Source of the DNA: a bacterium
GTDB lineage: Bacteria; Patescibacteriota; Minisyncoccia; Phycocordibacterales; JBBTRF01
Direction: 5' to 3'
Assembly: GCA_037130265.1 (NCBI GenBank)
Contig: JBAXTI010000001.1
Location: 171,086 to 235,085 of the forward strand
Length of the DNA: 64,000 bases
Below are positions 1 to 9,231 of this stretch, piece after piece (positions within the stretch are counted from its first letter, which is position 1; every line of letters starts with the position of its first letter). Below the pieces are notes generated by a model that worked only from the letters and a program-made list of their open reading frames with translations, was not told the DNA's origin and did not search any database. The translations under genes and the position numbers were made by a program.

Positions 1-401
1 AGAAGAAGAAGCTTGCGGAGGGCCATTACGGCGCCTCGATGCGTCTTGGTGCGTATCCGGCACACTTGGTGAAGGGAACGATTGCCAATGAAGCGTATGG
101 TGCGGAAGTAATCTCAGAACGACATCGACATCGATACGAGGTGAATCCAGCCTACATTGCCGATATCACTTCGAGTGCGAGCGTCGCTGTTTCTGATTCG
201 GGAGCAAAGGGTCCCGTGCCGCTTGTGTTCTCCGGCACTTCTCCCGATGGCCGGCTGATGGAGATTGCTGAACTGCCTCGTGCCGCGCACCCGTTTTTCC
301 TCGGCACACAATTCCACCCAGAATTTCTCGCCCGACCACTCGCACCGCATCCGTTGTTTAGCGAATTTTTGAAGGCTGCGGGGAAGAGGAGGGGGAAGTA
401 G
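1..401 (+). CDS. pyrG: CTP synthase, C-terminal glutamine amidotransferase part (5'-truncated by window edge)
   Basis: Translation contains HRHRYEVN and GTQFHPEF, characteristic of the CTP synthase C-terminal GATase domain. The ORF is open to the window start. Confidence 0.8.
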   Translation, partial: KKKLAEGHYGASMRLGAYPAHLVKGTIANEAYGAEVISERHRHRYEVNPAYIADITSSASVAVSDSGAKGPVPLVFSGTSPDGRLMEIAELPRAAHPFFLGTQFHPEFLARPLAPHPLFSEFLKAAGKRRGK

Positions 402-413
402 AGGATAGGGGGA

Positions 414-497
414 GAAATGAAATTTCCTTTATCGGAAATTAGTGATTTCTTTACTGTTTCTTAGCAGTTTCTTGATCGGTGCTTTGGTATGGTTGAT
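414..497 (+). promoter_or_regulatory. Conserved upstream module, copy 1
   Basis: Palindrome AAATTTCC-6-GGAAATT. Three phased repeats TTTCTTTA, TTTCTTAG, TTTCTTGA at 446, 457 and 468 (period 11). TGgTATGGT extended -10-like at 485-493, ending 6 nt before ATG 500. Paralogous copies at 27447 and 63668. Confidence 0.5.
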
Positions 498-499
498 GT

Positions 500-1024
500 A
501 TGACCCCGTCAGATCATAGTAATCTCGATTATTCAACGATTTCGTTCGAAAAATTAACCGACTCAGAGATTAAAAGATTAGTTGTCTCTGGGGCGGTAAC
601 TCTGTTTGAAGTAGTCGGGCGCTACCTTATGGCTGAAACTGTCGAGGAGGGTGCGCGCATCGTTTCGGAGCTAGAAGGTAGGATATTCTATAGTAAATCA
701 ATTAAGAGTTATTTCGTTGTTGACGAAATAACTCTTGCCCATCTTTTCGGGAAGGTCAGGATAGATAAGGACTATCTTAGGCGCGCTCGTCTATTGGCGA
801 GTGGAATCGAAATCGCAGAAGACTCCACGAATCTTGTTGTGATAGATGCGAAAACTGATGCTGACAAGGCTATTGTGTATTACGAAATCTTGGGAAGTGA
901 CTTGGTGCGGTTTCCGGAAAAAATAATTCGAGTAAAGATTTCTGAAATGAAGCCATTTGGCAAAAAACTCTGGACAGTTGTTGATATTTCTATCTTAAAA
1001 AACAAAATCCCACCACAGGGGTGA
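500..1024 (+). CDS. hypothetical protein (174 aa), lower GC than neighbours
   Basis: Long ORF immediately downstream of the conserved regulatory module. No recognisable motifs. Confidence 0.5.
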   Translation: MTPSDHSNLDYSTISFEKLTDSEIKRLVVSGAVTLFEVVGRYLMAETVEEGARIVSELEGRIFYSKSIKSYFVVDEITLAHLFGKVRIDKDYLRRARLLASGIEIAEDSTNLVVIDAKTDADKAIVYYEILGSDLVRFPEKIIRVKISEMKPFGKKLWTVVDISILKNKIPPQG

Positions 1025-1240
1025 GATGTTGTTTAAGGTTGGAGGGGCGCCAATCCCTCATCGCTCTAAGGCAGCAGTGGGGCGTCTTTCTGACTTTCAA
1101 CCTTACATCTAAGGAGGGCGGCGGGTCCTCATCCATCACCTCGTGAGAGGGTGTGCCAGCGAGCCTTTCTGGCGTCAAAGATTACCTAAAAAGTATAGCA
1201 AAGCGTGTCACGACGGTCAACTTCATGTTAAGCTTTCTAC

Positions 1241-1849
1241 GTGTCATATGCACCGAACAAAAAGCCAGAAAACATCGAAATCGAGGCGAAGTTTTTGGAT
1301 ATTGACCCAAAGCAGATTGAGGCGAGGCTCGTGGCGGCTGGCGCCCAGAAGCTGGGCGATTTCTTGTATCGATCGAAGGCTTTTGATTTTCCTGGATTTC
1401 CGCTCGATGCCCAGGCGGCTTGGGTGCGTCTCCGCGATGAAGGCGACCAGGTGATGCTCGCGTTCAAAAAACGTCTTGGTGCCGCCACGCACGATGGCTC
1501 GACTTCCGACACTGGGATGCAGGAGATTGAGGTGAAGGTGAGCGACTACGACAAGACCGCACTCTTGCTCGAAAGTATCGGCATGGTGTTGAAATTTGCC
1601 CAGGAAAAGAAGCGTACCCGCTGGGTGCTCGGCGACATCCAATTTGACCTCGATGAGTGGCCACGCCTGAAGCCATATTTGGAGATTGAGTCGACGAGTT
1701 GGGAGAAGGTGGACGAAGGCGCTCGGCTCGTCGGGCTTGATCCTGCGAGCAAGAAGCTTTTTTCCACGACGCAGGTGTATGCCTTGAATGGTATCCGCGA
1801 CAAGGACTATGTCAGCATGACGTTTGGGGAGTGGGTGAGGCGGGATTAG
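1241..1849 (+). CDS. CYTH-domain protein (class IV adenylyl cyclase / triphosphate tunnel metalloenzyme-like)
   Basis: N-terminal IEIEAKF (ExExK CYTH signature). GTG start inferred from the ORF track. Confidence 0.65.
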   Translation: MSYAPNKKPENIEIEAKFLDIDPKQIEARLVAAGAQKLGDFLYRSKAFDFPGFPLDAQAAWVRLRDEGDQVMLAFKKRLGAATHDGSTSDTGMQEIEVKVSDYDKTALLLESIGMVLKFAQEKKRTRWVLGDIQFDLDEWPRLKPYLEIESTSWEKVDEGARLVGLDPASKKLFSTTQVYALNGIRDKDYVSMTFGEWVRRD

Positions 1850-1941
1850 GGTTATTCACGAGGGCTTGAAAAAAAGGCTGTTTTAGGGTATTTTAGGTGT
1901 TCGGCGTCTCAGAGCCTTAGGTCTTTATGTTCGCCAGATAT

Positions 1942-2015
1942 TGCCAGATCGTCTAAAGGTAGGACCGCAGCCTCTGGAGCTGTGTATCTTGGTTCGAATC
2001 CAAGTCTGGCAGCCA
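1942..2015 (+). tRNA. tRNA-Gln (anticodon CTG), CCA encoded
   Basis: Hand-folded cloverleaf: acceptor TGCCAGA/TCTGGCA 7/7, anticodon loop CTCTGGA, T-arm CTTGG-TTCGAAT-CCAAG. Confidence 0.6.
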
Positions 2016-2066
2016 GCCTGAACTCACCCCCTGAAATACTTCTCACCCTCACACGGCCTAGTAGGT

Positions 2067-2582
2067 ATGGACAAAAACACACTCATTGCGATCATTGGTA
2101 CGCTCGCTGTTGCTCTGGGCATTAGTCTGTACTTCATCTATTCCTCTCCCGACAAAACGGGGTCGGCGGTCGTCGCGCCAGACAATGCTTCAATTGTCTA
2201 CAAAAACACCGACTACGGCTTCACTTTTTCTTTGCCAGCGAATTGGGTGGGGTATTCGATTGTCGCTACGACCTGGAAAGGGTTTCCGCTGAAAGAAACA
2301 GCAGCGCCATCTGGTCCAAAACTCCTCATACGAAATCCGAAGTGGACAGCGGCTGCACCGTATGAAGATCTGCCGATACTTGTTTTCACTACTGCAGAAT
2401 GGAAGGCGTACCTAGCCGAGGATTTCTCGGTATCGGCAGCACCGATCCCTGCGAGCGAATTGGCACACAACAATACATACGTTTTTGCTCTCCCGCCGCG
2501 TTGGAATTTTGACGCGAGTATCGGGTACGAAGAGGCGGTGAATATTATTGCAAAAAATCCACTCCACGCTTTTGATTTGTAG
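2067..2582 (+). CDS. hypothetical membrane-anchored/secreted protein
   Basis: N-terminal hydrophobic helix (LIAIIGTLAVALGISLYFIY). No known motif. Confidence 0.45.
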   Translation: MDKNTLIAIIGTLAVALGISLYFIYSSPDKTGSAVVAPDNASIVYKNTDYGFTFSLPANWVGYSIVATTWKGFPLKETAAPSGPKLLIRNPKWTAAAPYEDLPILVFTTAEWKAYLAEDFSVSAAPIPASELAHNNTYVFALPPRWNFDASIGYEEAVNIIAKNPLHAFDL

Positions 2583-2655
2583 GAGCGGGGTAGGGGCACC
2601 TGCCTTGCTGAATAAAACATGGTAAAATTAATACCTACCTATATAAGTAGATATT

Positions 2656-3054
2656 ATGTTTATAAAACTATACACAATCGCGTTGCCTGTTTTCTTCGCC
2701 ATTGATTTGCTGTGGCTCGGGGTGGTCGCTAAAGGTTTTTATGCCAAGCAAATTGGCGCACTCCTCAAGCCGGATGTAAATTGGACTGCCGCCATCCTCT
2801 TCTACCTCCTCTTTATTGCGGGTTTGGTAGTGTTTGTTATTGCACCAGCAGTGGAGAAGCACTCTTGGAATCACGCACTGCTCTTTGGTGCGCTGTTTGG
2901 CTTGGTTTGCTACGCCACGTATGACCTCACCAATCTTGCCTTGGCAAAAGATTGGCCTCTGCTCGTCACTGTTGTCGATTTGATCTGGGGAATGGTGCTG
3001 GCGTCTTCGGTTTCCGTGATGACATACCTTGTTGCAAGTAAAATTGGCCTATGA
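2656..3054 (+). CDS. small polytopic membrane protein (DUF2177-like)
   Basis: 132 aa with about four hydrophobic helices. Family assignment is from memory and low certainty. Confidence 0.4.
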   Translation: MFIKLYTIALPVFFAIDLLWLGVVAKGFYAKQIGALLKPDVNWTAAILFYLLFIAGLVVFVIAPAVEKHSWNHALLFGALFGLVCYATYDLTNLALAKDWPLLVTVVDLIWGMVLASSVSVMTYLVASKIGL

Positions 3055-3839
3055 ATTACTACCTAACACTCGCTCTGCTCCTATTCGTATACATGAGCCT
3101 GTGGTTCGTGGTTTCATTGGTGAAAAAGAGAAACGACGTGGCCGATGTGGCGTGGGGTTTGGGCTTCGTACTCATGACGTGGACGTCTTTCTTCCTTGCC
3201 GGAAATAGCAGTGTGCGAGGAATGTTGGTGGGGATATTGGTGAGTATCTGGGGTGTGCGCCTGGCTTGGCATATTCACGCCAGAAACAAGGGCAAGACAG
3301 AGGACTATCGGTATCTCGCGTGGAGGAAGGAGTGGGGCAAATGGTTTTACCTCCGCTCGTATCTTCAGGTGTATCTGTTGCAGGGAGTGCTCTTGTTTCT
3401 CATTGTTTCGCCGGTATTGTTCATCAACAAGAATGTGGGCCCAGACCTCGGCTTGCTCGATGGTATTGGAGTGGCGGTGTGGCTTTTCGGATTTTATTTT
3501 GAGGCTGTTGGGGATGCGCAGCTCGCGCGATTTATCAAAGATCCTGCCAACAAAGGCAAGCTTATGCAGAGTGGTTTGTGGGCATACACTCGCCATCCAA
3601 ATTATTTTGGCGAAGTGGTGCAGTGGTGGGGGATTTGGATTGTCGCCATGTCTATTCCTGGCGGACTGATCGGTATTATTGGTCCGGTTACGATCACTAT
3701 TTTGATCTTGAAAGTTTCCGGTATCCCAATGCTTGAGAAGAGAATGGAAGAAAATCCGGATTTCGCGGAGTACAAACAGCGGGTGAGTGTGTTTTTCCCT
3801 TTGCCACCTCGGCGATCGGTGGGTCAGCTGCCGCAATAG
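3051..3839 (+). CDS. DUF1295 / steroid 5-alpha-reductase-like membrane methyltransferase-fold protein
   Basis: YTRHPNYFGE motif typical of the ICMT/DUF1295 family. Multiple TM helices. 4-nt overlap with the upstream gene. Confidence 0.55.
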   Translation: MNYYLTLALLLFVYMSLWFVVSLVKKRNDVADVAWGLGFVLMTWTSFFLAGNSSVRGMLVGILVSIWGVRLAWHIHARNKGKTEDYRYLAWRKEWGKWFYLRSYLQVYLLQGVLLFLIVSPVLFINKNVGPDLGLLDGIGVAVWLFGFYFEAVGDAQLARFIKDPANKGKLMQSGLWAYTRHPNYFGEVVQWWGIWIVAMSIPGGLIGIIGPVTITILILKVSGIPMLEKRMEENPDFAEYKQRVSVFFPLPPRRSVGQLPQ

Positions 3840-3927
3840 ACTACATTCGCCGAAGGAGGCGGAAAGATTTTTGGCTGGTCTGTGATTCTCAATAATTCTC
3901 CAAGTATCAATGTGGTAGAATGGCGAA

Positions 3928-4914
3928 ATGATTAACCCTCAGGAACAAGAGAAAGGGGCCCTGGAAGCAGCTCCGCTATCGGAACTCGAAGCGTTTCGAC
4001 GCAGTCGGCACGAACAGTGGAATACGCCCGCTGAGACTATCGAGTCTTTGGTGTTGAGGGCGACTGGCTCAGCATTGAACACGCAACGTAGGATTATTGG
4101 GGGTGAGACGAATGAGGTATATGAGGCGGTGACCGATTCTGGGCAGGAGGTTATTGTCCGTATTTCTCATGGCAAGAGAAATCGGTTTGAGAAAGAGCAG
4201 TGGGCGCTACAGCAGTGTGCGAAAGTGGGTGTGCCTGCGCCAGAAATGCTTTTGGTGGATAGTCTCAGTGTTGGTGGCAAGAATGTGTATGTTTGCGTTG
4301 AAACAAAGCTCCCTGGAGTGGGTTTGGATACAGTCCCCGTTAGTGAGAGGACTGGCATACTTCGTGAGCTCGGTGAACTGTTGGGTCGACTGCATTCGAT
4401 AAAGACTGAAGGGTTTGGTATTTTGGATAGTGAGGGACGAGGAAAATTTACGTCTGTACCGGAGTTGGTTATTGGTGACCATCAGGTTCATTTTCGAAAG
4501 ATCATCAACGCACTTGAGGGAAGAACGGAAGATATTTCGTGTCTTCAGGAAGCCTCAGCGATTTTAGAGAAAGAAGCGCAATCCCACGTGAAGGACGCGC
4601 CGTGCTTGGTGCACAATGACCTTTGTCCGCAACACGTTTTGGTCCATAATGGAAAGATTTCGGGAATCATCGACTTTGAGAGTGCACAAGGTGCCGATGC
4701 CTCAGTTGATTTTGGACGTTGGGAGATACGATATGGAAAGGACTACCCTTTGAACAGTATTGAAGAGGGATACGACCAAAGAAATGCGCACTTCTGGAAG
4801 ATGTATCGCACGTTTGGTAGTCTGCGATACTGCGTGGAACACAAAAAAGAGACAGGAATTACTGCGGCGATACAGGCAATACGAGAGTCGGCAGAGTTTT
4901 TGGCAAGGAAATAA
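3928..4914 (+). CDS. phosphotransferase (APH/choline-kinase-like) family protein
   Basis: LVHNDLCPQHVLV (HxDxxxxN catalytic loop) and IIDFESA (DFG-like DxE). Confidence 0.6.
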   Translation: MINPQEQEKGALEAAPLSELEAFRRSRHEQWNTPAETIESLVLRATGSALNTQRRIIGGETNEVYEAVTDSGQEVIVRISHGKRNRFEKEQWALQQCAKVGVPAPEMLLVDSLSVGGKNVYVCVETKLPGVGLDTVPVSERTGILRELGELLGRLHSIKTEGFGILDSEGRGKFTSVPELVIGDHQVHFRKIINALEGRTEDISCLQEASAILEKEAQSHVKDAPCLVHNDLCPQHVLVHNGKISGIIDFESAQGADASVDFGRWEIRYGKDYPLNSIEEGYDQRNAHFWKMYRTFGSLRYCVEHKKETGITAAIQAIRESAEFLARK

Positions 4915-4915
4915 C

Positions 4916-5413
4916 ATGGAACTTCGATCAACATTTGAATACGATGGTCAGACGTATCATGGTCACTATGTTGAGATCGATCCAGATGTTGATATCGGGA
5001 AGACGGTGAAGATGAGTGTTCGAGGCGTCTGTTTTTATGGAGATAAAATTGTCATCGTCTACGACTCAAAGAAAAAGAAATGGTCTCTTCCTGGTGGCGG
5101 GATGGAGTCGGGAGAAACATATCGTCAGGCGATTGTGCGGGAGATAAAGGAGGAAACGAACATGCGAGTTGTGCATGAGGAGTGGATTGGCTACCAGGAT
5201 GTCACCTGTCCAGATGGTAAAGTACTCCGTCAGCCGCGGTGTTTTTGCATCGTTGAGCCATTTGGAGATTTTGCTGCCGACCCGGACGGGGATATTACGG
5301 AAATTAAGCTTATCGAGCCCCTCGATTACAGCGCCTATTTCGATTGGGGAGAAATTGGTAATCGAACGATTCAGAAAGCGATGGAGATGAGGGCTGGCCA
5401 TACCAAAAAATAA
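4916..5413 (+). CDS. NUDIX hydrolase
   Basis: Nudix box GGGMESGETYRQAIVREIKEETN. Start chosen at the internal ATG to avoid overlap with the APH gene. Confidence 0.7.
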   Translation: MELRSTFEYDGQTYHGHYVEIDPDVDIGKTVKMSVRGVCFYGDKIVIVYDSKKKKWSLPGGGMESGETYRQAIVREIKEETNMRVVHEEWIGYQDVTCPDGKVLRQPRCFCIVEPFGDFAADPDGDITEIKLIEPLDYSAYFDWGEIGNRTIQKAMEMRAGHTKK

Positions 5414-5419
5414 CTCATC

Positions 5420-6709
5420 CTAATTTATCTGTGTAGAATTCCCCGCCACGAAACCAGTTGTCCAGCATAGCTGAAGGCTGTAGCCGCCGGAAGGGCGGTC
5501 GACGTTGAGAATGTCGCCGATGAGAAAAAGGTTGGGGAAGCGGCGGGAGCGCATGGTTTTGAAATCCACTTCGTCGAGCAAGACGCCGCCTGAGGTGACG
5601 ATGGCTTTGTCGACACCAAGCAGACCCTCTACCTCCGCCGGCAGGGCTTTGAGAAGTTGTACGAGGGCGAGGCGCTGTTCGCGCGAGACTTTGTTGCACC
5701 AAATGTCTGGATCGATGGAAGCGAGCTCTAGGACGATAGGCGAAAGAGCTGCGGGGACGAGTTCGTCGAGAGTGTTTTTCAATTTCTTTTTGCCATTCGC
5801 ATCGAGCATTTCTTGGAGCTTGGTGTTGAGTTGGCCGTAGTCGAATTGTGGGAGTGTGTCGATTGAGATAGTCACCTCACCGTACTTGAGGAGCTCGCTC
5901 ACGTCGCGACTCATGTTGAGGATAGTCGGGCCCGATAGACCAAAGTGGGTGAAAAGGAGGCGGCCGTTGTTTGTTTGCTGCTTGACGCCATTTTGAAAGA
6001 GAGAAATTTTTGCTTCTTGCAGTGTGATGCCTTGCAGGCGCTTCACCCAGGTAGACGAATTTTTGACTGCGATTGGTACGAGTGAAGCGCTGGGTTCGAT
6101 AATGGTGTGGCCGAGATCTTTGAGCCAATTGAAGCCGTCGCCGGTGGAGCCGGTCTCTGGGCGCGACTTTCCGCCGGTCGCGAGCACGAATTCTTTGGAC
6201 CGGACGATCTCTGGTCCGTTTTTACCAGCGATTTTCACGCCGGAAATCCGGCCGGCCTCGGTCTCAAAACCAAGTACAGGTGTATTCGAAAGCACGGTCA
6301 CCTTGCCTTGTTGCAAATATTCAACAAGCACGTCCCAGACCGATTGGGCGGTGTTGCTGGCAGGGAAGACGCGCTGAAGTGCCTCGATTTTTGTCGGCAT
6401 GTTGCGGCCGTGGAAGAAGTCGAGGGTTTCCTGCACGCTCCACTGTGAGAAAGCTGAGAAGAGGTATTTGTCGCTGTCTTTGAATTTGGCGAGGAGCTTG
6501 CGGGTGTCGAGCTCGGCGTTGGTGACATTACAGCGTCCGCCGCCGGTGATGAGGAGTTTTTTGCCCAAGGAGTCGTTTTTCTCGATGAGCAAGACTCGCG
6601 CGCCGCGTTCCGCGGCGCGCCCAGCTGCCATCATGCCTGCCGGCCCTCCGCCGATGACCACGAGGTCCCAGAGCGGTTTCTGGTCTTGTTTTGTTGCGTC
6701 GAGATGCAT
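5420..6709 (-). CDS. FAD-dependent oxidoreductase, HI0933/aminoacetone-oxidase-like family
   Basis: N-terminal VVIGGGPAGMMAAGRAA Rossmann dinucleotide motif. Overall HI0933-like architecture. Confidence 0.65.
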   Translation of the reverse strand: MHLDATKQDQKPLWDLVVIGGGPAGMMAAGRAAERGARVLLIEKNDSLGKKLLITGGGRCNVTNAELDTRKLLAKFKDSDKYLFSAFSQWSVQETLDFFHGRNMPTKIEALQRVFPASNTAQSVWDVLVEYLQQGKVTVLSNTPVLGFETEAGRISGVKIAGKNGPEIVRSKEFVLATGGKSRPETGSTGDGFNWLKDLGHTIIEPSASLVPIAVKNSSTWVKRLQGITLQEAKISLFQNGVKQQTNNGRLLFTHFGLSGPTILNMSRDVSELLKYGEVTISIDTLPQFDYGQLNTKLQEMLDANGKKKLKNTLDELVPAALSPIVLELASIDPDIWCNKVSREQRLALVQLLKALPAEVEGLLGVDKAIVTSGGVLLDEVDFKTMRSRRFPNLFLIGDILNVDRPSGGYSLQLCWTTGFVAGNSTQIN

Positions 6710-6784
6710 AAAAACTATCCTACCACATTGTTTCTGTTTCGAGTCAATTGTTCGCTTTTTCTGGTGGGTGGTAAAATAGAGGGC

Positions 6785-7642
6785 ATGGACTCTTCAGACA
6801 GAGAAAACAACACCCAAGAAGCTCCCAGCGTCGCGCTTTTTCGGGGTAATCGGATCCGTAGGCTACTCCATAATGGCGAGTGGTGGTTTTCTGTGGTGGA
6901 TGTGGTTGAGGCGCTTACTGGGAGCGTAAATCCTCGCGATTATTGGTTCAGGATGAAGGATCGGGTAAAAGAAGACGATGGTTTTCAACTGTCGACAATT
7001 TGTCGACAGTTGAAATTGGAGGCTCCAGACGGCAAAATGCGAGAGACGGATTGCGCTGATGTTGAAGGCATGTTTCGTGTCATTCAGTCGATTCCTTCGT
7101 CAAAGGCCGAGCCATTTAAGCGTTGGTTGGCCAGGGTGGGTTTTGAGCGACTAAAAGAGATCGAGAATCCAGAATTGGCCACAAAACGAACTCGCGTCCT
7201 ATACAAAGCAAAGGGATACAGCGAGGATTGGATCGAGAAGCGCATGAGAGGTATTGTCATTCGCGAAGAGCTCACCGAGGAATGGAAGATGCGCGGTGCA
7301 GATGGTCAGCAAGATTTTGAGATACTGACAGCTGAGATTTCCAAGGCGACTTTTGGTGTCACCCCGAGCGAATACAAGAAGCTCAAGGGGTTGGAGCGGG
7401 AAAATCTACGCGATCATATGGATGATTTTGAGCTGATTTTTAATATGCTCGGTGAACGTGCCACTACTGAGATTCACCGCAATGAGGACTCGAAGGGTGT
7501 TGAGAAACTCAAAAGTGATGCGAAAGTAGGTGGTGGTATTGCTGGCGGGGCGCGGAAGTCTCTGGAAAAACGCCTCGGCCGGCCAGTCGTATCGAGGAAG
7601 AATTTTTTGAAGGGCGGAGAGGATAGGAAAAAGTTGAAGTAA
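6785..7642 (+). CDS. Bro-N domain protein, DinD (DNA-damage-inducible protein D)-like
   Basis: FRGNRIRRLLHNGEWWFSVVDVVEALTGSVNPRDYW matches the Bro-N pattern (DGExWF..DVA..LG..NP). The C-terminal half resembles DinD. Start at ATG 6785 with an AGAGGG RBS. Confidence 0.55.
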   Translation: MDSSDRENNTQEAPSVALFRGNRIRRLLHNGEWWFSVVDVVEALTGSVNPRDYWFRMKDRVKEDDGFQLSTICRQLKLEAPDGKMRETDCADVEGMFRVIQSIPSSKAEPFKRWLARVGFERLKEIENPELATKRTRVLYKAKGYSEDWIEKRMRGIVIREELTEEWKMRGADGQQDFEILTAEISKATFGVTPSEYKKLKGLERENLRDHMDDFELIFNMLGERATTEIHRNEDSKGVEKLKSDAKVGGGIAGGARKSLEKRLGRPVVSRKNFLKGGEDRKKLK

Positions 7643-7686
7643 AAGCCCACCGTCGCTCACCATGGCCACATCGTCAAATAGATGCT

Positions 7687-9165
7687 ATGGTGAAGCCTAT
7701 GTCCCGCGAAGAGACCGTTGTCCGATTTGAGGAGGTGTCGTTTGAATACGGCCACAACAAGCCCATCCTGGATGAGGTGAGTTTTTCGCTGCGCAAGGGT
7801 ACCAAGACCACGATTATGGGCCAAAACGGGGCTGGAAAGAGCACCCTTTTTCAGCTCATCACCGGTGCGTTGCCTCCGGAAGAGGGAATCATCCACATTG
7901 GCCGGGGTACCAGCATCGCCCTCTCTCGCCAGGTGATCCCGCGCGACGAGCTCGACCTCACCGTCCGCGCATTCTTCGAGAAGCGTTTTGATACCAAAAT
8001 CTACGACATTGACCCACGCATCGACGAGGTGCTCGAAGTGGTGAACCTTAAGGGTCATGAAAAGCTCCATGACCGTATCGTGAAAAGCTTCTCCGGCGGT
8101 CAGCAAGCGCGTTTGTTGCTCGCTTCGGCATTGATTCAAAATCCCGATGTGCTTCTCCTCGATGAGCCAACCAACAATCTCGACAAAGCCGGCATTGCAC
8201 ACCTCACCGACTTTTTGAAGAAGTATGAAAAGACCTGTCTCGTGATCTCACACGACGCAGAGTTTTTGAATTCGTTCACCGATGGCGTGCTCTACCTCGA
8301 CGTGTTCACAAAAAAGATCGAGCAGTATGTCGGCAACTATCTCGACCTGCTTGAAGAAATCTCTGCGCGTATCGAAAAGGAGAATCGCAAAAATGCCCTC
8401 CTCTCGAAAGAGATCCAGGCCAACAAAGATCAGGCCAATGTGTTTGCCAACAAGGGAGGTAATATGCGCCTCGTCGCGAAGCGTATGCGCCAAAAGGCCG
8501 AAGCGCTCGAAGAAGAGAAGGTGGATGTGCGTCGTGAGGATAAGACGATTCGCAACTTTACTATTCCATCCCAGCCGGATTTGTTGGGTGAGATTATTTC
8601 GGTCACTTCTTTTTCAATCATCAATCCGAAGACCCACAAGCCAGTTTCGCGCAAAGTGAAGCTCGTGTTGAAGCGTAATCAGCATTTGTTGCTCAAGGGT
8701 CCAAACGGTATCGGCAAGAGTACCTTGCTCGAGTCTTTGGCGAGCGGCACCTCTGAAGGGGCAAAGATTCAGGATGGTGTGCGTGTCGGCTACTATCGCC
8801 AGGATTTTTCTACACTCAATTTTGAAGACACGGTGTATGACTCACTCGCGAGTGTGATGGACAAGCATATTGTGGAAACTTTGCGCGCGACCGCTGCAGG
8901 TTTTTTGATTACCGAAGAAATGATACACACCAAGATTGGTAGTCTTTCTGAGGGTCAGAAAGGGCTGGTGGCATTTGCACGACTTGTGCTTCAGCGACCG
9001 GGCTTGCTCATTCTCGACGAGCCGACCAACCACATCAACTTCCGTCATTTGCCGGTGATTGCCAAAGCCCTCCACGACTATCAGGGCGCCATGATCCTCG
9101 TGAGCCACGTGCCAGAATTTGTTGAGCAGGTGCGGATTGATGACACGTTGGATTTGGAGAAGTAG
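7687..9165 (+). CDS. ABC-F family ATPase (tandem ABC domains, no TMD)
   Basis: Two Walker A motifs (GQNGAGKST, GPNGIGKST). Two signature/Walker B sets (SGGQQARLLLA+LLLDEPTNNLD; SEGQKGLVAFA+LILDEPTNHIN). Confidence 0.8.
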   Translation: MVKPMSREETVVRFEEVSFEYGHNKPILDEVSFSLRKGTKTTIMGQNGAGKSTLFQLITGALPPEEGIIHIGRGTSIALSRQVIPRDELDLTVRAFFEKRFDTKIYDIDPRIDEVLEVVNLKGHEKLHDRIVKSFSGGQQARLLLASALIQNPDVLLLDEPTNNLDKAGIAHLTDFLKKYEKTCLVISHDAEFLNSFTDGVLYLDVFTKKIEQYVGNYLDLLEEISARIEKENRKNALLSKEIQANKDQANVFANKGGNMRLVAKRMRQKAEALEEEKVDVRREDKTIRNFTIPSQPDLLGEIISVTSFSIINPKTHKPVSRKVKLVLKRNQHLLLKGPNGIGKSTLLESLASGTSEGAKIQDGVRVGYYRQDFSTLNFEDTVYDSLASVMDKHIVETLRATAAGFLITEEMIHTKIGSLSEGQKGLVAFARLVLQRPGLLILDEPTNHINFRHLPVIAKALHDYQGAMILVSHVPEFVEQVRIDDTLDLEK

Positions 9166-9231
9166 GCGCGATTTTTTCGCGCAATCTTCTGTCTCTTCTC
9201 GAAAATCGCGGCCTAGGGCATAATAAAGGGT

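Noticed and set aside
4760-4915. Upstream extension of the NUDIX ORF (start at 4760)
   Set aside because: It would overlap about 155 nt of the APH gene in another frame. The internal ATG at 4916 directly follows the APH stop and gives a normal-length Nudix protein.
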